Below are positions 29,361-42,356 of a DNA stretch of 64,000 bases, one piece after another. A program made the position numbers and the translations under genes. Origin of the DNA: Cycas panzhihuaensis (Eukaryota > Plantae > Cycadophyta); NCBI GenBank assembly GCA_023213395.1, contig CM041465.1, positions 89,349,741 through 89,413,740 of the forward strand, in the 5' to 3' direction. The first letter of the stretch is position 1; each line of letters starts with the position of its first letter. The notes below the pieces were generated by a model. That model searched no databases. It was given only the letters and a program-made list of their open reading frames with translations, and was not told the DNA's origin.

Positions 29361-29610
29361 GGGTTGTACACCTCTCAATATTTATAATTTTGGGAGAGGA
29401 GGGAAACTCCTCAACCCTTGAAATTTAAATTAATAATAAAATAATGCTAACTTAACTCAAATGAAACTAACTCAAATTAACTTAAATCAAATCAAATCTT
29501 ACCTTAACTTACCTACACATATTGAGCACCCCCATATGTAAAATGAGGTTGATGAGGTGTACAATCCTGGTTAGAAGGTGGGAGTGGAGTAATGACGATT
29601 AACTCTAACA
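29361..29610 (-). repeat. Internal partial LTR (U3-like part) of the 49300-55908 family
   Basis: gggttgtacacc..gaggagggaaactcctcaacc..aacttaactcaa..acaatcctggt..taaca aligns with 49655-49879; preceded on the element strand by a PPT (rc ttctcaccct 29611-29620). Confidence 0.88.
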
Positions 29611-30360
29611 TTCTCACCCTTAATGGTCATCACAAACACTTGTATCTTCTCCTTGAACTTATGGAACTTGTGTTTGAAAAAAACTTTAACATTCTGATCT
29701 TTATCAACTTGCTTCAACCTTCTTGCAAAATATATCTCTTTACCAAGAAGTGGTGCAAAAAAACTATAAGTAAATGATGCTTGATTTGTACAAAAAAGAA
29801 TAGCTGCAACTTTGACTTTAATTTCTGGAAATTTAACTTTGACTGTCATATCATTAGGTCTCTTTTCTGTCATATCATAAGATTCATTCTCCATCATGTC
29901 CTAAGATTCATTCTCCATCATGTCATAAGATTCATTCTTCATCATGTTATAAGATTCATTCTCCCCCTCAAATAGAGGATCAGGTACTTATGTAGCAAGT
30001 TGGTCCTGCGATCTGAATCTTCATGGGTGTTGTCATCATGATTTACCTGTTCTGTCACCTATCTCACATGCTCATAAAAAATAATATCAAATACATTAAG
30101 GGTATCTCCCCTGTAAGTAGAAATTAATACATCCCAAATTGATTTAGAAGTAGTTAATTCACAAATCTTTAAAAAAATATCATCATTCATAGTGTAAAAT
30201 AATAAACCTAAAACTTTATTATCTTTTTTAAAATTTTCTTTAATATTGAAATCATATTCACATTATAAATATTTTAGAAGGTCATGTGAAATAAATAATC
30301 TTGTATAGTTCTATACCATAGTTAAAAAATTTGCCTATTAAATATAGGAAATTGTGCCAT
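29611..30360 (-). pseudogene. gag: Truncated gag-like ORF of the non-autonomous family
   Basis: MAQFPIFN..; TSKSIWDVLISTYRGDT; ends DKDQNVKVFFKHKFHKFKEKIQV..IKGE; homologous to 49880-50624. Confidence 0.8.
29871..29962. repeat. 24-bp coding minisatellite (~4 copies, ENESYDMM)
   Basis: catcatgtcataagattcattctc repeated; ~3 related copies at 50157-50228. Confidence 0.85.
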
Positions 30361-33300
30361 TTTATCAAAGAAACTTTAGTACATAAAAAGTATGCTTTTA
30401 CCAAATCAAAAAGTTAATAAATGAATGAACATATATGACTTTAAATAAATTTTTTAAATGAGATATAATACCCTTTGAAAATAAATGAACTAAATGCAAC
30501 CTTTATAGGTGTAATAAGGAAATAAACTTTTCAATAATGATAAATGCTTTTAATATATGTATGCCTTTAGAAAGTATATGAACTAAGCATAATAAGGAAA
30601 TGATCATTTCAATAATGATAAAAAATGCTTTTCAATAAGTATACCTTTCAAATAAACTTTGAAATAAAATGAATATAAGAGTAAATTTGAATGTAATAAA
30701 TATTCTTTAGCTATGCAAATCTGAAATAAACTTTGATGATAAAAAAAGTCCTTAACCTTTTGATTTTCTTTAAATGAATAAATACAACCTTTCAATGCAA
30801 TAAATCCTTAGCCTCAATGATAATATATAATGTTGAAACTAAAATGTATATGTGTATTTTCACTTTGAAAAATAAAGAATATGAAGAAATATTTGAACAA
30901 AAAGTATTGTACTTCTTAAAAGAAAGTTTTATAGGATAACCTCAAGTTTGGAAGCTTCAAAACTATGCTAAATGATATTAGAATAATGTGAAACTTTACC
31001 AGTATATAGATAAATGAAATATATATCTAATAGAATTGACCGTTTTAAAAATGGTTCCTACAAGTCAAATTTGAATAATTCAAATGTACATACCTCCTTT
31101 TGAGGCCTAACATGAGTAGGGACATCAAAATTATATAAAAATGCCAATAAAATACTTATGAAATACTATTAAAAAGATTAAATATCATTAGAAGACTGCT
31201 TAATATATTTTCAGCTAAAAAAATTTGAGAGATATATAAAACATATATAAAAATAGTAGATTTGAGGTAATTAAGTATATCAATTTTGATCGATTTGAAA
31301 ATCAGTAAAAGCACATTAAAACATATAAAAACCTATGTTAGATCGAAGAGGGGTGATTCAACTTCCCAACAAAACTAGCGTGACTGAATTCTGATACAAA
31401 ACAAAGAAGTTATAACAAAAATGACAGTAGGTACCTTTATGGTAAAATGTTTAAAAGGTGCTAAAAAAACACTAAAGTGCCACTTTCGGTGATTAAAATA
31501 ATGATTAAAATAAATTCTAAAAAATAAAATAAATAGTTAGTAATGAAGTTTATTGAATGTAGATCATTGTAGAATAAATCTAGGTAGAAAATAATTTCTT
31601 AGTAATAAAATATAATTAGTTCAAAAAATGATTTTGTAAAAAGTTTAAAAAAGGCTCAAAAAAGGATTGATTGACTTTAAATCTACTGAAATAGGGTCAA
31701 ATCAACACTAAATTGGTTATATGACCAGTCAAAATTGATCTATAGAAAATATTTCTGACCCAATGAAACTAATTTCATTAAAAATTTATGACTTAATCAG
31801 AAGTTATGGCAAAAATTTAGCAATAACCCTATGTAAAATTAAAAAAGAAAAAAAAAAAAAAAAAGTTTTAAACGTTGTTATCCCCTTATTAACGTAAGTT
31901 AACGGTCATATGAATATGGATATGAGCAAGGGCTAGCAGGAAGGGGCTAGTTTTTTTTTTTTTCTTAAATGTTAGAACTCAAAATTTATATAATTTAATT
32001 TAATCAATTCAAACTATATAAAAAAATAAAAATAACAATAAAACATAAAAAAAATAAAAGGGAAGTAATGCGATATGCCACTGTTATTGCCTACGTGTCA
32101 TCTGTTGCGTCGCCCTCCTATCACGCTGTGCTACACAAAGTTTTGCAGAGAGCCGTGAGACACCACCAGGCTAAGGTAAATCCTGCGCTATCGCCACAAC
32201 CAACAGGCGAGCCAGAGGATTTGAAATCAAGATGGAGTGGTGGGTGGAGGCTTCTTCGATGATTTAGGAATTGCAGTCTATAAGCTACACATTTAACAAC
32301 TCCAGATCGCTTTGATTAAATAGAATATCAAACAAAGAAAAGGAATAGGGTGATAGTGGTAATGTAGTTAAGGGTGGTTGGAAGCATATGGATCTACTGT
32401 AACATGCAGAAGAAAGACTCTATGGTCTGCACGAAGCAATCCGTTCACCATTCCTCTTTCGGGTTCAATCTTCGAGATCAGAGATAGATTGTGGAAGCGA
32501 TGGATTGGGTGTTACTCAACAGATCTTGGTTAATAGTACATTTGGAGGAATTTGATGATGATGATAGGGATAACAGTCAGGTGCATTCAGTAGCTCAAGC
32601 TGTGATTGTAGGTTTATATAAATAAGGGCTCCATCAATACCATTCCACCATTAAATTACTTTTTCACGTATTATTAAGACATGGTGACGTGCTGCTTCAA
32701 CCAAAAGTAATCATCGGAAAGAAGATCTTCTATTATTTTCGAGTTGGATTTTGGTCTCTTATTTGGAATATAAAAGCAAAGTGGCTATAGTATTTGTTTT
32801 GTATTTCTATTTGGTGTCTTAAATAGAAACTTTCCTCTGGTAATAGAAAAAGAAAAAAAATTGTAACTGTAGAAGGATGCTCATATGAGTCTCAGCTTCG
32901 AAACATTGAAAGGCCGCACTAATTATGTATTATGCATAATTGCTCTTATTGATGAAATGGCGAAATACTTATGCAAAGCGTGATCTCGTGGATTATAACG
33001 ATTTGTGATTCTATACAACCCGATGGAGTTTGCTATCTACCCAACACATTATTTGTACACGCATCGTTTGCATTTAACAACTATTATCAGAAGAATTTGA
33101 GGGCATTAGGAACCTGTAATTTTGGTGGTTGGACGAAAGGAGTGAAAAATGCCTCAACAGTAAAAGCAAAATCATCTTTTGGAGGAGAAGGAGGCGAGAA
33201 TATGCATGATCCAACCAAGCAACCATAATAGAGGAAAGGAGATTCCAAAGGAGCATACGCATGAAAAATCTGAGTGATTTGTTATTGGCTTTGGTGCTTA

Positions 33301-33949
33301 CACATGGTGATACGAGTAATAAAATGAGAACTAGTATATTTTCATATATTAGTAGGCTATGGACAAGTATAAGGAATTTAGATCAAACGTATCTTCAAAA
33401 TATGTGTTTCAATTTATTGCATAATGGGTTATTTTAAAACTGCTAAGATTATTATTGTTTGAGTGACCATCAAGTTTAGTGATGCTTCATTCTTTCTAAA
33501 CAGGCAAGGTATTTTGGGTGTTATTCATCATTGCAGATGGTGGCTTGTTTCTGACCTTTTAATGACTTCTTGGCTGTGTTCGCTTCATATGAAGGAAATA
33601 GAATGGATGGATGTTTTTCAAAATCTTATAGCTATTATAGAGAGGAGCTTTTGACCATCTACTAGTTTGTTTTACACTCTTAAGTTATGCGTTATTATAT
33701 TTCTTGAAGGTAGATTTGCTTATTCAGTTGATTTCAAATCAGAGGGAATAATGAGCATGGGACATAGCTGAGAAAATAAACTGAAAGCCTAGCCAAGATG
33801 GGCTGAAAATATAATCTTATCACTTAAAATGATAATGAAAAATATTTAAATGAAAATATTTATATATAAACTCATAAAAACTGGTGATTCAATGTTGAGT
33901 TTTTTTGTTGATTCAATGGATCACAAATGAAAATAAAAGATTTTAAATA

Positions 33950-35060
33950 TTTTGACAAAAATATATCAAGCAAATGAAATGCATGTATTTATATTTGAGA
34001 TCTTTTCAAATATATTGCAGATATATCAGAAGTATGTATTTAAAACTAAAAAAATAACTGAAGAACCTAGAAATATAGTTGTAGCAAACTTGCAATAGAA
34101 AATGGTCTTCAAAAAGCTTCCAGTAGATAGATCTTCCTCCACATAAGTTAAATATAGGTAGATCTGTTGTAATATGTGGCTTGTTGGGTTGAATATGCAC
34201 TAAAAGCTATAGATATGTAAAAAACCTTAAAAAATATAGTCAAATTTATGATGAAAAAACACAGATCTAAAATAAAATATAGTAGATTTGAACTAAATGT
34301 TGTAGATTTGCAACAAATATACTAAAAAATGTTAAAATAATTACTGAAATAAGTAGGTTTGTAATGAAATATAGCAAATTTGAACCAAATATAATAGAAA
34401 ATAGTAAAGTATTTAATGAAATAAGCAGATCTGAAAAAATGTAGCACATTTGAAAGAAAACTTAATAAATATTATAGATCTTAAACTAAATATTGCAGAT
34501 CTAACATAAGTATAGTAAATCTAAAAAATATAAGGCAGATCTTGAAGAAATATAGCTCAAATCTGAGAAAAAACTTGAGTAAATATTGTATGCAGCTGTA
34601 ATCTTTCATAGATTTGAAAAATATTTGATAAATAGATAGAAATCTGCTTGAAAAAATGCCAAATATTTGATAAAAATGTAGATCTAAGAAAATATATCAC
34701 AAATCTCAAGAAAACTTGAATAATATGTATCTTGCTACTGATCTCCTTCATAAATCTGCATAAATATTAGATAAATAGGTAGAAATATTCTTAAAAATAG
34801 TTAAATATATGATAAGATGTGTAGATCTAAAAAAATATAACTCAAATCTAAAAGAAACTTTGAAAACAAATGTAGCTTGTAGCTGAAATCCTTTATAAAT
34901 CTATATAAAATCTGAAGAAATCTGAAGTATGTTTGTTATAGCATAAATATATCTTAATAATAAGCAAATCTACTAAAAAATAGAAGAAACTTACTGAAAA
35001 AATCTTGAAAAAAATAAATGTAACCAGTATTTTGCTTGTGAGCAAATCTGCCTCAAAATC
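33950..35060. repeat. Degenerate array of AGATCT-core motifs in the leader after the PBS
   Basis: Recurrent gcagatct/gtagatct/caaatct every ~20-40 nt; homologous array at ~54380-55270. Confidence 0.65.
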
Positions 35061-36206
35061 TTCTTGCTTCTTTGAAAAATTTCAATAGGCGAGTAGTCAT
35101 CTGCTCTCATACCAAATGATGGAGCTAGAGGAGCATAGCATAACTTCATAAAGATTGTATCTTGAGTAAATTGGTGATTTCTGATAGTTGACAGTGTTAA
35201 AAAACACTAGGGAGGTATTCTCATCCCTTAAATAGTGAATTTTAGGGAGGCGTCAGGCACCATCACCCTACCTGCATGTTAGCCAATGCAAATTTAAAAT
35301 ATATTAAAAAATTAAAATAAATAAATCAAAGCATGTACCTTAAGATAGTGGTGTCAGCTCTTGGTGGCTATTGGGAGGCTCAAGGTGCCTTAGGGGCCCT
35401 CAAAGGTGGCTTTGAGGGGCCATAAGCGCACAGGTCTCTAAATGACATTAGGATTATTCCCAACAAGTTTTAAGTAAAATTTTTAGGTTATGGGATCCAT
35501 GAGGTTATTTTTCTTCAAAATGATGGTTAAAACTAACCTAATGGAAAATGATCAGTATAAAGCATTAGTTAGAATAAGATGTATGGATGAATAAGAGTAA
35601 AATTTAGCCCATAAATATTTTTTTATATGGACTCTCCTCATTTAGGTTTCATTTATAACATAGTAACATTCGTAGAAGTGACCCTCTAGAGGAATGGATG
35701 TACAAAGAGTCATATTCTTATCTAGGCTTTTTTTTTTTTTGAAGAGTGGGCACTAGACTTAAGGACTAAACTTTGAACTCAAGGACTAGACTCTTAATTA
35801 AAGGTACGGATGGGAAGAAGTCGATAACTACTTTAGTATTATTATTATGTTATGATTTTATAAGTTACTTCTATCTTATATTTTATGTTATTAATGTTGC
35901 TATTGTACTATAATTTATAGCTTGATTATATCTTGTAATTATCTTATTGATGCTTATGGTATAATTAGTGAGTGTAGATTTGTATTTTTTTTTTTGAGCA
36001 TCGATATTGAGACAATATAAAATAATATTAATGCAATAGGTTTTCCTAACAAACTCTAACACCTATTTACTTTGTTTATAGGCCCTTTAATAAGTGTCTT
36101 TATTGATATTAATGCTTAGCCTAATATATTAGACCATTAATTAGTGAGGAATATTCATTCCCATAGCCACAATAGCCATGTAAAGGTGTTCAAGAAAGGT
36201 ATCTTC

Positions 36207-39200
36207 TAAAAGTTAGGATTGAAACATAGAACCAAATTGACATGTAACAACATAGGTTTTTTAGGTAGAATTGGTTTTACCATCAAAATGATTATCATTC
36301 ATTAAGAACCCATACAACTTGAATTATCTAATACATAATATAATACACCTATATGTATAAGCAAGATTAGTAATAATTAATAAATAAATCCATAACTTCT
36401 TTGACATATTCATAAGTCCATTTAGGGCTTTGTAACTCCTAATGATACACCTACCCTTTTTTATCCATATATGGACATTAATCTAACACTCCATCTTAAT
36501 GTTTATATCATTGGATTTAATACTAATATAAAATTTAAATTATTAGACTTATCTTTAGGCAAAGGTTTCATGAAAATATTAGCAATATGCTTCTCCATTA
36601 GTGTATATAAAAGCTTGACCTCTCCATTTTAGATTTGTTCCCTAATGAAGTAATGATAAATATCAATGTGTTTGGTGTAAGCACAGAATACTAGGTTCTT
36701 GGAAATCTTCAAGGTACTTTGATTATTATAGTACAATATATTTACCTTCTCTTGATATAGTCCCAAATCACTAAGCACTTGCCTCAGTTAGATGGCTTCG
36801 CAAGTTGCAATAACAATAGCTTTATACTCTACCTTAGTAGATGATAAAGTAACATTGGGCTATTTCTTATTGCTCTAAGTGATAATAACAAAACCCATAT
36901 TGAAGCAATAACTTGAAGTGGACCTTTTTCTATCCTTACATCTAGCCTAATTAGAATCTGTATATCTTGTTAGCCTAAAATTATCATTTTGGCTAAACTC
37001 TAATCCAAACTATAATGTCTCCTACAAACATCTTAGGATCCTCTTAACAGATTTCTAATGGCTTTGCTTTGGTTTAACCATGAGCATTGAAACCATACCA
37101 ACAGTAAGGAAATATTAGGCCTAATAGTAGTCAAATAGATGAAACTATTAACTATTTATCTGAAAGTCATACCATCAACCCACTTATTATCTAGAGTTGT
37201 TAACTTTAAACTTATTTCTATTATGGTATTAATAGATTTATAATCCTATATTCTAAATCTCTTCAGAAATTCCCATACATACCTAGCCTATGAAATGAAG
37301 GTTTTTCTAGGATCTTGTTATACATCCACTCCCAAAAAGTAGTGGAGTAATCCAAGATCTGTCATCTCAAATATCTTCTTAAGATCATTCTTCAAGCCTT
37401 CAAATTTTGAGTTATTATTCTCTATGATCACAAGATCATCTACATATAAAATTACAAAGATGACTAAATTTTCTTCACCTTTGATATATAGGTTTGGATC
37501 TACTGGAAATCTTTCAAATCCATTGTTCAAAAAGTATTGATCGATCTTAGAGTACCAGGCTCTCGGAGCTTGTTTGAGGCTATGCAAAGCTTTTTTCAAG
37601 TGACATACTAAATACTCTTTACCCTTGGCAATATATCTAAGTGGCTGCTCTATATAAACCTCCTCTACAAGGTCTCTATTAGGGAAGGCACTTTTTACAT
37701 CAAGCTAGTGTAACTACTATTTAAATAGAGTAATTATTGCTAGTATTAGTCTAATTATCACCATCTTTACTATTGGAGCAAATGTCTCCTAGTAATCAAT
37801 TCCTTTTGTCTGCTTGAATCCTTTGGTCACTAATCTTTTACATGTATCGACTATGCCATCTAATTTGAATTTGGTCTTATATACTTATGTATAACCAATC
37901 ACCTACTTGCTTGATGGTAAATTAGCTAAATCCAAAGTTTTATTCTACTTAACAATATAGATCTTAGTATTCGTGGCTGTCTTCTACTTCTACTTTTGGT
38001 TTGCCTTCTCAAAACTCAAAGGTTCATCAACATCCAATACATTTTCCATTAAAGCAAAATTAACTATATCAAGTCTCCTCCTCAATTGTAATTTATCTTC
38101 TATATTATGCAACTCAGCTTAAACTATTATTTTTAGATACCATTTAGGAAATTTAACTGGTGGAGGAATCTCAAGCTACATCTTTGACTGTGTCTATTGA
38201 GAATCTTTATTCATCCTTTTAATTTATTCCTATTTTTTTAGCTTATTCTTAGGCTCAACAAACTATTATCTTAAAAAACTAGATTTAGGTTATTCCTTGA
38301 TTTGCTTCCCTCTATCTTGTCATATCTTCAAAGTATTCAGGTCCTAATCCTTATTTGAAACATGTTTCTACCTCTTCAAAGATAACACCCTAACTTGTAT
38401 ATACCTTTTTAGATATCAATTCATATACATGATATGCCTTGCTTTCTTCACTATATCCCATAGGAATACAGTTAGAACTCTTATCATCAAACTTTTGGTA
38501 TTTCTCTTTAGGAATATATATATATACTATGCTTCTAAACATTTTAAGATGGATAATTATAGGTTATGTCCTAACCATGCTTATTTAAGTGTTTTGGTCT
38601 ATACAAATTTAGTCACACTCTTATTTGTTAGGTATATTATTGTATAAATTCCTTTAATGTAAAAGATGTCTGAGAGGTTCTTTATCATCATCCTTAACTT
38701 GGCCTTATTAACCAATGATCTATTCATTCTCTCAACTACTCCATTTTGTTGAGGACTATATATAGTTGTCAACAACTTCTTTATATCATGATCTTTACAA
38801 AATTAGACAAAGGCATTGGAGGTGTATTCTCTCCTATTATTTGATCTCAATATATTTATTCTTTGTCTGCTTTCATTCTCTAGTCTTGTTTTGAACTCTT
38901 TAAATATGTTGAATGCCTGAGACTTCTCCTTTAAAGGATAAACCCAAACCTTCCTTAAAAGGTTATTAATGAATATCAAGAAATGTTTTACACCTCTGAG
39001 TGAAGTAGTTGGCATAGGACTATATATATGCTAGAGTGTATCATGCTTAACTTTTTAGTTGCCCTTCAAGCCTTACCTTTAGGAAACTTTTTCCTATATC
39101 ACTCTCCATAAATGTAGGGTTCATAAGTACCCTTTTCTACCTTGAACTTTAGGATAACATGCACTATATTCAATTTATTCATCAATTAAAGGTCAAGAAA

Positions 39201-41839
39201 GTGTTATGAATCTTATTTGATATATATATAGTCAAATACTCTCTTTGGTTTATAGACTTACCTAAGAGCTTATAAAGATAATTATCCCTTATACCTTCTG
39301 CAATTATTTTTCCATCATAATCATTAATGATAACTCTTTTATCTTTAAAGAGAATAATAATTCTATTGTCCTCTATTTAACTGATAGAAATTGGGTTTAT
39401 TTTCAAACCTAGCACATATAAAACATTCTCCATATAATAATCATCACAATAAAGGGTAATGATTGGGACCTCCCCTATGCCTTTGATAGTAAGCATATTG
39501 TTATCTCCTAAGACTACTGTTGATCCATTGACTTCCCATTAATATGAATCCTTCATGTCTTCTTATCATGTACTTAAATGCACCTGAGTTTATGTACCAA
39601 ACATTGTTAGACCTCTTTTCATTCATTGCCTTACTCCATTGATTAATCTTATGATACTGTTCAGCTTGTAATAGGCTACAGTCTCTTCTAATATGGCTTA
39701 ATTGCTTACAGTTATGACAGATCCTATGAGGTAATTCATTTGAACAGAAACAAGCATTTTCCACCTGTTTTTAATATAAATTGTAGCAAATTAAATACAA
39801 CCACATGAAATAATGGGTGTGAAATAGCCCTTAGACAACATAAACACTTTTTATTAGAAAATATTAACTATGGGGTCCTTGGTCAATTCATAAAGCACTG
39901 ACATAACATAAAACATTATTGGTCACCATGTCAGGAGTTAGAATTTTATCATATAACCATGTGCATTATGAAGAATACAAAAAAATATTGTAGAAAAGTG
40001 CTTTTTATTTTTATGAACAACTCCTTTATGAGTCAAAGAATAACTTACCTCTTTTCTTCTCAATGTGACCAAGGGCTTATAGTTAGGGGGTTAATTATAC
40101 TTAAATAAAAATTAAAAATAATTTAATATCTTCATATTTTATAAATGATAAAATATATTTTTATCCTAAGTAGCTACAATTGAATATGCTAAAATCTTCT
40201 CTATGTTACATGACTAAATTTAGTGAAATTTGTCTATTCATCTATAAATTAACTTATGATGGTGTCAATATAGTTTGAAACCTCTTCATATCCATTCACC
40301 ATTGATCATTCCTCTCACTAGTTTTAGCATTTATTAAAAAAATATCTTTGCATTCATAATTCATCTCTTCATTTTTCGTCTCATCTCAAGATGGCATCTT
40401 CTATTCAGACTTCATCTGGCATTTCCATGTATCATCTATTACTAGGCATAATTACAATCTCTATAATAACTTTGTTTGAATGTCTTCTTCCTTTGCATAA
40501 GTAAGAGGGCAATATTTATTTAATTATAGGTGGTAATCTACAAGTTGTTTTACTACATTTATCTTCTGTGGGTATCTCAACCTTCATTACTTTCAGTCAT
40601 AACCAAGGCACATTCACTGTGAATGACATTCTTTATTTGTGTTTGTATTGGCGTCTTTGCATTCAAGATCTATAAATTTGCTTCTAGGTGTTTATTCATG
40701 TGATTAGCTCTTCATTATAATAATTCTTCTCCATCTGCATTAGGGTGTCTATAGTAGTATAAGGCATATGCATCATGAGTTTAAAACTTCTCTATTTAAC
40801 AACTTTGTGAGCTACGCAACATTCTCTTGTAGTTGTGCTTGCTTGCAAGTTAATGCACTTTGATTTTCTTTAGATTTATCACTAATATAATTGTGCTTTA
40901 CTAGGATTTAATGGTGAGTCTATTATTATCTAGCCCTACATAGTAGATTTTTTCTTGAAGACTCCATATAAAGAAGAAACACACTCACAAGTCTCTCCAA
41001 TATATGCCTTTACATTAGTTGCAGAAATTAGAGGATAACTCATGGATGAACCTAATATATCCATTTTTCTAGAATTTGTAGGATTCCTTGTAACTCCAAC
41101 CACATATCTAATTTCAATCCCTTAGTCTCTTAATAACAACGACTAATAGTTTTGAATGAATTTCTTCAATGCAAATGATTATAATAATGACCTTTTCATT
41201 TCCAATGGACTTATTTATCATAATAAAACTATATATTATAGGAAAATTATTAATAAAGTTTGATTGAAAATAGGAATGAATTATCTAAAATGTCCAACCA
41301 GATCTCAAACTCTCATAATATCTAACACTTCAAAGAAATTTAGCCCATTAATTAAACTCCTTATTTTTTTATTAAAAAAAAAAATTGATGATGGTAATAA
41401 CCTATAGTTTAACAAATGCTTCCACAATAAGCTGGTAAAATTTTACACTTAAAATAATTGCTATAGATTAATAATAACACAAAGTTACACTAGTTCCACA
41501 TGTCACTAGCCACAAAATAATTCTACATCCTATAACTAAACTAGCTCTCATACCATATGAAAGTTAGGATTAAAACATAGAACCAAATTAACACATAAAG
41601 ACATAGGCCTTTCAAGTAAAATTAGTTTACCATTAAAATAATTGATATTCATTAAGAACCCATACAACCTGAATTATCTAATACATAATACAAAACACCT
41701 ATATATATAAGTAGGATTGATAATAATTAATAAACGAATTTGTAACCACCCTAACATGTGTCACAATTCCATTTAGGACTTTATAACTCCTAGTGACTCA
41801 CCTGCATTATTTTGTCCACATATAAATATTAATTTAATG
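36207..41839 (-). mobile_element. Full-length degenerate Ty1/Copia element
   Basis: 282-bp LTRs 36207-36488 and 41558-41839; TSD TCTTC/GCTTC; PBS rc gctctcatacca 41544-41555; PPT rc ctccatct after 36488. Confidence 0.9.
36520..39764 (-). pseudogene. pol: Copia zinc knuckle, protease, integrase, RT, RNase H pseudogene
   Basis: CHNCKQLSHIRRDC; WYINSGAFKYM; MPTTSLRGVKHFLIFI; LKQAPRAWY..LYVDDL..FEMTDLGLLHYFLG. Confidence 0.93.
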
Positions 41840-42356
41840 GCTTCTTAGTGCTATCCAATAATTAGTGCACTATGGGTGATAGGTAATCAACAAGCTTCCC
41901 ATTCAAGTTATATGATTGATCTTAAAGGTTTCCTCTTATATACCTAAATATATGTGGAGGCTTGCTTCCATATACAAGTGCTGCCAAAGGCTTGTGTAAG
42001 TGGTTCGATCTACTTTACTTCATGTACTGGTATATACCTAAATATGCTTAGCTCATAATGATAGCTTCCTATGGATATTTAAAGGCTACTAGAATAGGGT
42101 TTCTACCTAAACCGCTAAGGGACAATGGGAGAGACTGATTACTACTTGATAGTAGAGTTTTACATAACTTATTAAAATAGAGAATGTAATAAAATGAAAG
42201 AGAGGGTTATGAAATTTTTATTGTGGGAATTTTCGGCCACCGCTTCCCCCTCCCCCCCCTTTTCCCAATTTCCTATTTCATTTCTTTATTACACCTCTTC
42301 TTCACAATCCTTTGAATTTAACCACTAATCAAGCTTCAATACCACTTGGGATAGAT

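Larger units (their letters stand above)
25545..35465 (-). mobile_element. Chimeric Copia LTR retrotransposon (non-autonomous 5' half plus autonomous-type pol 3' half)
   Basis: 349-bp LTRs 25545-25893 and 35117-35465; TSD AGTTT at 25540-25544 and 35466-35470; PBS rc gctctcatacca 35103-35114; PPT rc gtctccccc 25894-25902; internal second PPT and LTR fragment at 29361-29620. Confidence 0.9.

Noticed and set aside
40500-40900. Weak resemblance to Helitron Rep or Ariadne C-terminal motifs
   Set aside because: Only a few residues match amid many stops; it lies where the Copia gag is expected.
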